21,824 bases of DNA from Octopus sinensis (Eukaryota), in NCBI RefSeq assembly GCF_006345805.1, contig NW_021823583.1:1-21824 (forward strand), in the 5' to 3' direction. The number at the start of each line of letters is the position of its first letter. The first letter of the stretch is position 1. Shown one piece after another: positions 10,085-20,943 of this stretch. Position numbers and translations under genes: made by a program. Under the pieces are notes generated by a model. The model ran no database searches, had not been told where the DNA came from, and saw only the letters and a program-made list of their open reading frames with translations.

Positions 10085-10127
<43 letters not shown>

Positions 10128-10159
10128 CGCACAAACATACATTGAAAGGGTGAATAGTC

Positions 10160-10201
10160 ACTACAGATGAGTTTGTAATTTTCGAACGAAAATAGTCTAG
10201 T
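10160..10201 (+). ncRNA. Degenerate hammerhead motif
   Basis: acta CAGATGA gtttg-taatttt-cgaac GAAA ata GTC tagt; U4 is mutated and stem III lacks its C. Confidence 0.5.
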
Positions 10202-10917
10202 AAACTGATCTAGTTTCGCTGTGGGTCGTTTATCTCCCCTATTAGTATATGAAACTGTGCTTCTTTGCCGTTGTGCTTTTAACTCTTATTTCTAGCAATA
10301 CAGGTTCTCCACGGCACCTTCGGTCACAGTTGGTTTTATAATGCGTTTTTAATAGCATAACTTAGTTATTTCTTTAAATTTATATTCGCTAATTATTCCC
10401 ATTGATAATTATATTTATAGTATTTATAGTATTTATTCGATACTATATTACTACGAATTGATTATTTCTAAAAGTATTTTACATAAGATTTCCGAAAGTT
10501 CGTTTAAGTTTGTTTATTTGTATTTTGAAATTAGCTATTTCATCTTTAAATATGAAAAATTAAATTTATAAGGTTTTTATTATATGAGCATATACATTTA
10601 TTTATAGAGATTATTTTAGATCTTAATTTTAATATTTATATACATTTATTTATTTTCATTGATAATTTATATATATTAGTCATTTTTAAATATTTATGTA
10701 ATTAGATATAGACTAATACCGATAATAGATTATGGGTGGGTTTCCTACCTTATAAATTAAAATTAATACTTAACATTATAGTCGATTTTGATATAATCAT
10801 AATTGTTAAGTTCTATGTTTCTAGTTTGATAATAGAGTTTATTATAAGTAAAATTATTATATTATTTATATCTTAAAAATATTGTTTAAATATTTCTGAT
10901 TATATTTTAGATATTTC

Positions 10918-10992
10918 AATCACCTGAAGATTGACTGTAACCATAACTCGAATTATTACGAATTGGACAGCCATGAAACGATCGTAGTGCTT
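10918..10992 (+). ncRNA. Type I hammerhead ribozyme with canonical core and long loop II
   Basis: aatcac CTGAAGA ttgactgt..acagccat GAAAC gatc GTA gtgctt; palindromic loop III; a few stem mismatches. Confidence 0.75.
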
Positions 10993-11134
10993 TACTCATT
11001 ATCTTTTATTAAACTTTTAATATTTTTGATATATATTTAAAATAATTTAAATCAATTAATTTTATGTATTGGCTTAAGTTTTTCATTGTTTGATTTGCCT
11101 AATAGTGGTTTTATCTCTAATTTAATATAATATA

Positions 11135-11230
<96 letters not shown>

Positions 11231-11263
11231 TGTATGTATAGTTTAGGACAATCAGTAGGTTGT

Positions 11264-11323
11264 CATAATAGAACTCAGAGTTACAAATACCGGATCTACG
11301 ATGCATTCTCATCGGCTATTATG
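11264..11323 (-). ncRNA. Degenerate type I hammerhead at the 3' end of the PLE remnant
   Basis: Reverse complement reads cataatag CCGATGA gaatgc..gtattt GTAA ctc-t-gag TT ctattatg: three helices retained, two core substitutions. Confidence 0.6.
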
Positions 11324-11658
11324 GAAATAGATGCTATAAAAACCGTTGAATAAAAGGGAGGTCACTCTAATAGGTACGAAAAATACAAGATGAAAAAATA
11401 CACGCAACCATATTCTCACAATACATAGACATTATACTTCTTGCGTTCATAACGTCTCCATACGAACACACGCAAACATGTATATGTGCATGCTCATACA
11501 CACACAAGCATATATGTGTACATGTACACGCAACCTCATTCTCATATACACATAGGTGTATGCCTGCATACATATATATTATCTAGGCATTCATATATAT
11601 ATATAGTTTACTAAAAAAACAAAAGACGAAGACATGTGGTGTAAAAAGAAACAGATGT

Positions 11659-11701
<43 letters not shown>

Positions 11702-12104
11702 GCATACATTTACACTCACCGCATATACAAATATACATATATATACATATGCGCACAGATATATATATAATATTATATATACATATACACCCTCCTATCA
11801 TACACATACAACCACAGATATGCGAGCATATACATGTCCGCATAATGAAAGGTACGTATGCATGAAAGTCACAATTATGCACTGGGCACAGTCCTACACA
11901 CATATACATATATACAAGCGTAGACATATATACACTCGCACACACATACACATCTAATATATACGTATATATACATATACTCCCACACGTGCACAATCAC
12001 ACAATTAAATAGGAATAAAAATGAAAATATTATATAAAACAATAAAACATGTGAAGACATGGAAAGCTTCAGATTCTATCCGTGATCTTGGGGGACCCAA
12101 AACC

Positions 12105-12478
12105 GTAAAAGGTATTTTGTTATATATGGACATCATCTAAAAAATTCAGTTCTTGAATTTAGACATGCATTGGGGTCCAACGAACTTTTTCGGATAAGCC
12201 ATCTTTCCATATCACAAAGACCGCACTTGCCGCTACTCTTCGCATAATGTTTATACTTGGCCAAGATCTTCCACTAAATCTTATAGCTGACACCTTGTTC
12301 TTTTAAGAACCATATAAGACTGGATAATTTGGTAGTTTTTCGTTTATCCCAGTGTCTGAAGCTTAGGGTGTGATTATTGAAGCTTTAAAATTTCCCTCTA
12401 TGAGACCCACATATCTGTTTGACGAATCTGTTTTATTAGCACTCGTAGAATTTAAGGTGGCTTCATAAACAATGACCT
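12105..12478 (-). pseudogene. PLE GIY-YIG endonuclease remnant (Neptune-like C-terminus)
   Basis: IVYEATL..YVGLIEGNFK /fs/ NNHTLSFRH..TKLSSLIWFLKE..WKIL..CGLCDMERWLI /fs/ LNSRTEFFR*CPYITKYLL. Confidence 0.85.
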
Positions 12479-12574
12479 CGGTCATACATATATATACATA
12501 TATATATACATATATATATACACACAAATATACATACATACACACACACATACATACATACATACATACATACA

Positions 12575-12606
<32 letters not shown>

Positions 12607-12962
12607 CGAGGGAATTACCAATATGTGGAAACCCTAATACTACAAGTAGATCAGCGATGGTCACTACCACTAAGAATTGTTCTCTAGAAAATTTAGCAAA
12701 CACCAGAAACGTAAGCGAGCAAGACAAATGAAAAGCAACAAAAATACATATCAATCATAAACAATGTGTTTCACTTTCAACAAATTACGTAATTTTACTT
12801 ACGCAATTTATCTGTAGATCTTCAGTATGATCGTCCATACAAATATAATTTGCAGAACGTTTCTGGTGTTTGCTAAATTTTCTAGAGAACAATTCTTAGT
12901 GGTAATGACCATAGCGGATCTACTTCTACCATTAGGGTTTCCACATAGTGGAAATTCCATCT
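12607..12962. mobile_element. MITE with about 106-bp terminal inverted repeats and TA flanks (Tc1/mariner type)
   Basis: 12607-12712 is the imperfect reverse complement of 12857-12962; TA at 12605-12606 and 12963-12964. Confidence 0.85.
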
Positions 12963-13070
12963 TACATGTTTGTAATACTATTTACTGAACCTCAGTTTTT
13001 TAATATGCTAGACCACTAGTGTTAAATTGATGTTATCAAATTAATATCCAATTTTTCACCCTCATTTTAA

Positions 13071-13076
<6 letters not shown>

Positions 13077-13160
<84 letters not shown>
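13077..13160. repeat. Long pure (TA)n tract
   Basis: Directly visible; one of many such tracts in the window. Confidence 0.95.
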
Positions 13161-13164
<4 letters not shown>

Positions 13165-13180
13165 ATATACATACATAGAC

Positions 13181-13240
13181 ACAAGGTGGTGCCCCAGCAT
13201 GGCTGCAGTCTAAGATGATTGAAATAATTAAAAGCAATGA
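13181..13240 (+). mobile_element. SINE 3' tail fragment (family of 3093-3830)
   Basis: aaggtggtgccccagcatggctgcagtc..tgattgaaataattaaaag is homologous to the reverse complement of 3100-3145. Confidence 0.65.
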
Positions 13241-13764
13241 GGTACACGCACACACGCGCACACACTCACACACACAAACACACCGATATGGATTGCAAAA
13301 TCTACCGACAAATCCCGGGAGCTCTGAAAATAATTCTTCATTTGGAACACATTGTATAATGAAATGGTAATATTTGGCACTATTAAACGTTCTCTAGAGA
13401 AATTTTCGTTACCTTTAAAAAATCTCCTCGGCTCAATAAATCTATGTCTTCCAGAAGTTGTATCCAGGACACTTAGAAATTGTGTTCTCAATTTAAAAGT
13501 ACATAGCTACGTGAATATTTTCACACGCACGCACATACTCACGACGTATATACACTTGCACAAACATATATATATATATATATACGTACATACACACATT
13601 TTTTATACATATACGCATGCCTAAACATATACTTGCTCCCACATACATACTCAGGCATTCACACAGAAGCACCCTTACTCACGAATACACACTACACACT
13701 CGCACAAACGCAAGCAAACACTTGCACACACACACGCGCACAGTCACACACACATATATATATA

Positions 13765-14651
13765 TAGGGTCATTCAATAAATAATACGTTTTTTCGTACT
13801 TTTATTTTTCCAAATTAAGATAAACAGAATGTTTTTAATCTAAAATATACTCTCCTTCATTTTCTATAATGTTCTTCCATCTATCTGGTTGACTTGCAAG
13901 GCCCCTCTCCCAAAATTCACTTGTTCATTATAAAAAATACTCCTCCAAGACTGTTCTGACCTCCTCTACAGAATTCATATTTTATTCCGTCCAAATGATT
14001 TTGAAGACTGCGGAATAAATGATAATCAAATGGGGCAATATCCGGCGAATATGGTGGGTGTGGCATCGTTTCCCATTTAAACTGCTCCAACCTTGGGAAT
14101 GTCATCCTCGCTGTATGTGGCCGAGCATTATCCTGATGGAAGAATGGTCATTTTTCTTCTAGCGCTGACTTGAATGACGGGTTGAATGACCAAGCCAAGC
14201 TTCTCTATTAGTTCCTCAGCAGTAACAATGTGATTTTATCCCACCGGGTTTTGTAGGTCGTCATCGTCGAGTTCTAAAGATCTTCGAGGTCTAAGCTGTC
14301 ATTTCCGGCTCGGAATTTCTTGAACTACCCTTGACACTAGCTCACGCTTATGGTCCGATCGCCACATACTGCATTAATATTCCTAGCACTCTCCGTTGCG
14401 TTGTTGCCTTTATTGAACTCATAAAGCAAAATATGCCGAATATGCTCCTTTGTCACTTCCATTAATCTTTGAAAAATATAACTGTTAAAATCGAATTGCA
14501 CTCTTCCAAACTTGCACTAAGAATAAAGTCAAGGTAAAATTACTACCTGCTTTTACAGCAAATCGATGCAATACAGGCAGTTTATCCCGACCCCATTCCA
14601 ACTTTTTGTTTATGTAATTGAAAAAAACGCATTATTTATGGGATGACCAAA
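13765..14651 (-). mobile_element. Internally deleted mariner transposon with both TIRs
   Basis: TIRs tagggtcattcaataaataatacgttttt and aaaaacgcattatttatgggatgaccaaa with TA flanks. MEVTKEHIRHILLYEFNKG from the ATG at 14462; HQDNARPH and HPPYSPDIAPFDYHLF motifs; central part missing, stops present. Confidence 0.92.
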
Positions 14652-14674
14652 TACGCACACATACACACAGACAA

Positions 14675-14754
<80 letters not shown>

Positions 14755-15045
14755 GCGCGTGTATGAGTGTGTGTGATGTATGTAATGATACGTGTCATAC
14801 CTTAATAGGAATGTTACAATACAGCACACCTGGTCGACACGAAAATAATTAAATAATGCCTGCTGTTGCAAATTTGCAAATAGGTAACATTTGATGGGCG
14901 TGGCCCCATACGACACTATTGACGTTTGGAATCGATCACCTAATCACACACTCAAACACACACACACGCATACTTGTATATATACATATGTATGCACGTA
15001 AATATGTGTATATGTTTATATATATATATATATATATATATAAAT

Positions 15046-15105
<60 letters not shown>

Positions 15106-15237
15106 AGTTATGCCCGTCAACAGTATATATATATATCTAGGTATATTTGGCATCCATCTATCCATCCATACATACACAGATAATACATATATGTGTGTGC
15201 ATGTATATATATATATATACAAATTCATTTATATATA

Positions 15238-15280
<43 letters not shown>

Positions 15281-15587
15281 TATATATATATATATATATA
15301 TACATATAATTTCAACAATTGAGGGTAAAATTAATTAATTAATTAATCAATTTCACCAAGTATTCAGTATGCAAAGGGACCATTTAAGGCAAATTCAAAT
15401 TATTACATTATATAAAAGGGCTTAGTAAAATAAATTACTTTGCCGCATACTGAACTCGTTAGAAATAGCAGCTAAAAAAAAAAAAAACTATTTCTAACAC
15501 TTAAAGAAAACCTCTCTCATATAGTGCTTGTCAATTCAACCCAAGAAAGTATGAGGGTAGGACATTAAAAAATCAAATGCAAAGGTT

Positions 15588-15647
15588 ATTTGAGTACGTA
15601 CGTTTCAAGATTAGCCAAATTCGACCCTTCTCTCATCAGCTCAGAAT
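15588..15647 (-). ncRNA. Type I hammerhead ribozyme
   Basis: Reverse complement of the 18084-18143 motif. Confidence 0.85.
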
Positions 15648-16147
15648 GCCCTTGTTTGAGTTTGAAAACACTGAAAATGGGAGCATACCCTTTCGGCTTG
15701 TTATCGCTTCTGAAGATCTGCTCCCAACTAACAGTGCTAGCTAACTCAAATATGCAAGAGAAAGATTTCTGTTCTCCCCTTTCCACCAGCGTGGGTTAAA
15801 ATCAGCAAACACTACGCTTTTTTTCGGTAAAATCCAGACAATTAAGTAGAGAGAGATGAATTATAATTTCAACAATTGAGGGTAAAATAATTAATTAATT
15901 AATCAATTTCACCAAGTATTCAGTATGCAAAGGACCATTTAAGGCAAATTCAAATTATACATTATATAAAAGGGCTTAGTAAAATAAATTACTTTGCCGC
16001 ATACTGAACTCGTTAGAAATAGCAGCTAAAAAAAAAAAAAACTATTTCTAACACTTAAAGAAAACCTCTCTCATATAGTGCTTGCTCAATTCAACCAAGA
16101 AAGTATGAGGGTGAGAGGTAAGACATTAAAAAATCAATGCAAAGGTT

Positions 16148-16207
16148 ATTTGAGTACGTACGTTTCAAGATTAGCCAAATTCGACACTTCTCTCATCAGC
16201 TCAGAAT
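16148..16207 (-). ncRNA. Type I hammerhead ribozyme
   Basis: Same motif with one loop II substitution. Confidence 0.85.
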
Positions 16208-16698
16208 GCCCTGTTTGAGTTTGAAAAAACTGAAAATGGGAGCAACCCTTTCGGCTTTTATCGCTTCTGAAGATGCTCCCAACTAACAGTGCTAGCTAAC
16301 TCAAATATGCAAGAGAAAGATTTCTGTTCTCCCCTTTCCACCAGCGTGGGTTAAAATCAGCAAACACTACGCTTTTTTTCGGTAAAATCCAAGACAATTA
16401 AGTAGAGAGAGATGAATTATAATTTCAACAATTGAGGGTAAAATTAATTAATTAATTAATCAATTTCACCAAGTATTCAGTATGCAAAGGGACCATTTAA
16501 GGCAAATTCAAATTATTACATTATATAAAAGGGCTTAGTAAAATAAATTACTTTGCCGCATACTGAACTCGTTAGAAATAGCAGCTAAAAAAAAAACTAT
16601 TTCTAACACTTAAAGAAAACCTCTCTCATATAGTGCTTGCTCAATTCAACCCAAGAAAGTATGAGGGTAGAGACATTAAAAAATCAAATGCAAAGGTT

Positions 16699-16758
16699 AT
16701 TTGAGTACGTACGTTTCAAGATTAGCCAAATTCGACCCTTCTCTCATCAGCTCAGAAT
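16699..16758 (-). ncRNA. Type I hammerhead ribozyme
   Basis: Same motif. Confidence 0.85.
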
Positions 16759-17537
16759 GCCCTTGTTTGAGTTTGAAAACACTGAAAATGGGAGCATACC
16801 CTTTCGGCTTGTTATCGCTTCTGAAGATCTGCTCCCAACTAACAGTGCTAGCTAACTCAAATATGCAAGAGAAAGATTTCTGTTCTCCCCTTCCACCAGC
16901 GTGGGTTAAAATCAGCAACACTACGCTTTTTTTCGGTAAAATCCAAGACAATTAAGTAGAGAGAGATGAATTATAATTTCAACAATTGAGGGTAAAATTA
17001 ATTAATTAATTAATCAATTTCACCAAGTATTCAGTATGTAAAGGGACCATTTAAGGCAAATTCAAATTATTACATTATATAAAAGGGCTTAGTAAAATAA
17101 ATTTCTTTGCCGCATACTGAACTCGTTAGAAATAGCGCTAAAAAAAACTATTTTTTTAGCTGCTATTTCTAACGAGTCAGTATGCGGCAAAGTAATTTAT
17201 TTTACTAAGCCTTTTATATAATGTAATAATTTGAATTTGCCTTAAATGGTCCCTTTGCATACTGAATACTTGGTGAAATTGATTAATTAATTAATTAATT
17301 TTACCCTCAATTGTTGAAATTATAATTCATCTCTCTCTACTTAATTGTCTTGGATTTTACCGAAAAAAAGCGTAGTGTTTGCTGATTTTAACCACGCTGG
17401 TGGAAAGGGGAGACAGAAATCTTTCTCTTGCATATTTGAGTTAGCTAGCACTGTTAGTTGGGAGCAGATCTTCAGAAGCGATAACAAGCCGAAAGGGTAT
17501 GCTCCCATTTTCAGTGTTTTCAAACTCAAACAAGGGC

Positions 17538-17596
17538 ATTCTGAGCTGATGAGAGAAGGGTCGAATTTGGCTAATCTTGAAACGTAGTACTCAAAT
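17538..17596 (+). ncRNA. Type I hammerhead ribozyme (1-nt deletion in loop III)
   Basis: Reads gaaacgtagtactca here. Confidence 0.75.
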
Positions 17597-18083
17597 AACC
17601 TTTGCATTTGATTTTTTAATGTCTCTACCCTCATACTTTCTTGGGTTGAATTGAGCAAGCACTATATGAGAGAGGTTTTCTTAAGTGTTAGAAATAGTTT
17701 TTTTTAGCTGCTATTTCTAACGAGTTCAGTATGCGGCAAAGTAATTTATTTTACTAAGCCCTTTTATATAATGTAATAATTTGAATTTGCCTTAATGGTC
17801 CCTTTGCATACTGAATACTTGGTGAAATTGATTAATTAATTAATTAATTTTACCCTCAATTGTTGAAATTATAATTCATCTCTCTCTACTTATTGTCTTG
17901 GATTTTACCGAAAAAAAGCGTAGTGTTTGCTGATTTTAACCCACGCTGGTGAAAGGGAGAACAGAAATCTTTCTCTTGCATATTTGAGTTAGCTAGCACT
18001 GTTAGTTGGAGCAGATCTTCAGAAGCGATAACAAGCCGAAGGGTATGCTCCCATTTTCAGTGTTTTCAAACTCAAACAAGGGC

Positions 18084-18143
18084 ATTCTGAGCTGATGAGA
18101 GAAGGGTCGAATTTGGCTAATCTTGAAACGTACGTACTCAAAT
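18084..18143 (+). ncRNA. Type I hammerhead ribozyme, predicted cleavage after GUA
   Basis: attctgag CTGATGA gaga-agggtcgaatttggctaa-tctt GAAAC gtac GTA ctcaaat; stem I extended by caaggg/cctttg. Confidence 0.87.
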
Positions 18144-18635
18144 AACCTTTGCATTTGATTTTTAATGTCTCTACCCTCATACTTTCTTGGGTTGAATTGA
18201 GCAAGCACTATATGAGAGAGGTTTTCTTTAAGTGTTAGAAATAGTTTTTTTTAGCTGCTATTTCTAACGAGTTCAGTATGCGGCAAAGTAATTTATTTTA
18301 CTAAGCCCTTTTATATAATGTAATAATTTGAATTTGCCTTAAATGGTCCCTTTGCATACTGAATACTTGGTGAAATTGATTAATTAATTAATTAATTTTA
18401 CCCTCAATTGTTGAAATTATAATTCATCTCTCTCTACTTAATTGTCTTGGATTTTACCGAAAAAAAGGCGTAGTGTTTGCTGATTTTACCCACGCTGGTG
18501 GAAAGGGGAGAACAGAAATCTTTCTCTTGCATATTTGAGTTAGCTAGCACTGTTAGTTGGGAGCAGATCTTCAGAAGCGATAACAAGCCGAAAGGGTATG
18601 CTCCCATTTTCATGTTTTCAAACTCAAACAAGGGC

Positions 18636-18694
18636 ATTCTGAGCTGATGAGAGAAGGGTCGAATTTGGCTAATCTTGAACGTACGTACTCAAAT
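18636..18694 (+). ncRNA. Hammerhead copy with GAAA reduced to GAA
   Basis: 1-nt deletion, possibly a homopolymer sequencing error. Confidence 0.7.
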
Positions 18695-19181
18695 AACCTT
18701 TGCATTTGATTTTTTAATGTCTCTACCCTCATACTTTCTTGGGTTGAATTGAGAAGCACTATATGAGAGAGGTTTTCTTTAAGTGTTAGAATAGTTTTTT
18801 TTAGCTGCTATTTCTAACGAGTTCAGTATGCGGCAAAGTAATTTATTTTACTAGCCCTTTTATTAATGTAATAATTTGAATTTGCCTAAATGGTCCCTTT
18901 GCATACTGAATACTTGGTGAAATTGATTATTAAATTAATTAATTTTACCCTCAATTGTTGAATTATAATTCATCTCTCTCTACTTATTGTCTTGGATTTT
19001 ACCGAAAAAAAGCGTAGTGTTTGCTGATTTTAACCCACGCTGGTGGAAAGGGGAGAACAGAAATCTTTCTCTTGCATATTTGAGTTAGCTAGCACTGTTA
19101 GTTGGGAGCAGATCTTCAGAAGCGATAACAAGCCGAAAGGGTATGCTCCCATTTTCAGTGTTTTCAAACTCAAACAAGGGC

Positions 19182-19241
19182 ATTCTGAGCTGATGAGAGA
19201 AGGGTCGAATTTGGCTAATCTTGAAACGTACGTACTCAAAT
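19182..19241 (+). ncRNA. Type I hammerhead ribozyme
   Basis: Same motif, intact. Confidence 0.87.
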
Positions 19242-20166
19242 AACCTTTGCATTTGATTTTTTAATGTCTCTACCCTCATACTTTCTTGGGTTGAATTGAG
19301 CAAGCACTATATGAGAGAGGTTTTCTTTAAGTGTTAGAAATAGTTTTTTTTAGCTGCTATTTCTAACGAGTTCAGTATGCGGCAAAGTAATTTATTTTAC
19401 TAAGCCCTTTTATATAATATATATACATATATATATACATGTATACATACATATATGTACCTGTTTTAGAACACAAAGAAACAAATGGTATTTGTACGTT
19501 GCCAAAAATTTTAATTGACTATATAGTTAATTTAATTTAATCTAATTTAATTAACCCAACTTAAATCAAATAAATTGCTAATACTTCCTAATTCTATTAT
19601 AAGTTTAATAAGTAATGCTACTCCCTTAATAATAATATAAGGAATTTTCACTATGATTTTCACTATATTTTGAATAAAAAAATACTCTCACACCTTTTAC
19701 TATAGAAATTAATTGACCTCTAGGTATAGACCTAAAGTCTGTCTTAAAATGTATAAATATTTGTATAAATAGTAACAATAATAAATAAATAAATAACCTC
19801 CTGTTCTAGTATTGCACTTAAATCTCTTAATGTATTTTCCTCTTTGACCCCTTTGATACTTTTTTTGTTCTCTTTATATTCTTTTACCTGCTTTAAACTC
19901 TGTAGGAGTGGTAGTTAACAGTTGTATGATGGTCAAAAGTAATGTTCTCTTCTATAAATCTCAGATTCCTGCAACTCTGACCTAAATTTTCTGTCACCAC
20001 ACAAATAAACTAATCTTTGTAAGTTGTGTACTTACACCCCTCCCTCCCTTTTGTCCCATAATGCCCTTATTTGGTTGGTTTCTGCTTCACTGACTCCTTT
20101 TAGCCAATATAGTCAATCTCTTCTTCCAACATAGTAGTTTTGTGAAATGAACAGAAGTGTGATCAG

Positions 20167-20288
20167 TATCTTCTCATATATCAGGAAATTACATCTACAT
20201 TATTATGGATAAATTCATCGTCTCTGAGTATGAAATATCTCCTCATATCTCCGGAAAGTACACCTGCATTATTATGGATAGATTTACC
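20167..20288. repeat. Diverged 69-bp-period direct duplication
   Basis: tatcttctcatatatcaggaaattacatctacattattatggata versus tatctcctcatatctccggaaagtacacctgcattattatggata. Confidence 0.8.
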
Positions 20289-20943
20289 TTTTCTGTGAAG
20301 CTAACAAACTTTTTTTAAAACCTTTTATAAAACTGTGCATCATTAGAGAACTTTTGAAGTCTGCTTACAATCTAACTTTGCTTTTTATAGAACTCTCTTC
20401 GATACTTCATGAGTGTAGCCTCACCCCCTAGGATGTTTGGAAAACTCATATGTGTTTTGGCTGATGAATACGGGACACTTATATTTGCAGTTTTTAATAA
20501 AGCTGTTCTTCGTATGAAACAATTGTCCTGAACAACTAATCCATTCTTGTTGCTTTTTTCTTGTTTATAATCACCCCACATTATTTTATGGTTAATACCA
20601 TATAGATTTCTGGTGCATCTAAGTTAAGTACCGCATTCATGTAATTCATTGGAACTCACTTGAATCTTAATTGTTTTTTACTGAAAATATATATACATAT
20701 ATATATAATATATATATATATATTATTATATATATATATATATATAATATATATATATATACAATATATATAGCATGTGTGATGGATGTATGTACGTATG
20801 TATGTATGCATGTATATATGGATAGATGGATGGATGGATGGATGAGTGGATGGATGCCTAAATATACACAGATATATATACTGTTGACGTGATAAGACTA
20901 TAAACTTCCAGGAAGGCGTAAAATAATTCCTTTTTGTAAGAAT

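Larger units (their letters stand above)
10140..11130 (+). mobile_element. AT-rich non-coding PLE-like remnant(s) bearing HHR motifs, bounded by microsatellites
   Basis: HHR motifs at 10160 and 10918; ends at (TA)n near 11130. May be more than one element. Confidence 0.5.
11240..12482 (-). mobile_element. 5'-truncated Penelope-like retroelement: GIY-YIG endonuclease, microsatellite-rich 3' region, HHR
   Basis: See the GIY-YIG pseudogene at 12105-12478 and the HHR at 11264-11323, in the same orientation and flanked by microsatellites. Confidence 0.75.
15305..19418. mobile_element. HHR-containing tandem plus inverted array (about 550-bp unit), retrozyme/PLE pseudo-LTR-like, inserted in (TA)n
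   Basis: Left arm units start at 15305, 15862, 16418 and 16972 (partial); fold-back at about 17149; right arm 17151-19418 with unit boundaries at 17324, 17873, 18421 and 18967. Copies differ mainly by small indels. Confidence 0.92.

Noticed and set aside
12970-13076. Faint similarity to the end of the 550-bp unit (tttcaccctca..aatata)
   Set aside because: AT-rich and too short to support homology without an alignment.
13285-13325. Possible minus-strand exon LPGFVGRFCNPY, EGF-like
   Set aside because: Too short, weak donor running into (TG)n, and no supporting neighbouring exons.
17459-17507. Second ribozyme within the tgggagca/tgctccca stem of the 550-bp unit
   Set aside because: GAAA and GTA are present, but there is no core or stem II in correct register.
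15586-19303. Recurrent ORFs such as MSTYVSRLAKFDPS and MLNSTQES in the 550-bp unit
   Set aside because: Short, broken differently in each copy, with no recognisable motif; they recur only because the unit repeats.
15305-19418. CRISPR array, or pure fold-back read artefact
   Set aside because: There are no unique spacers and the context is eukaryotic. The arms have unequal length and different outer flanks, and an unrelated array shows the same design. Copy number and small indels could still be assembly noise.
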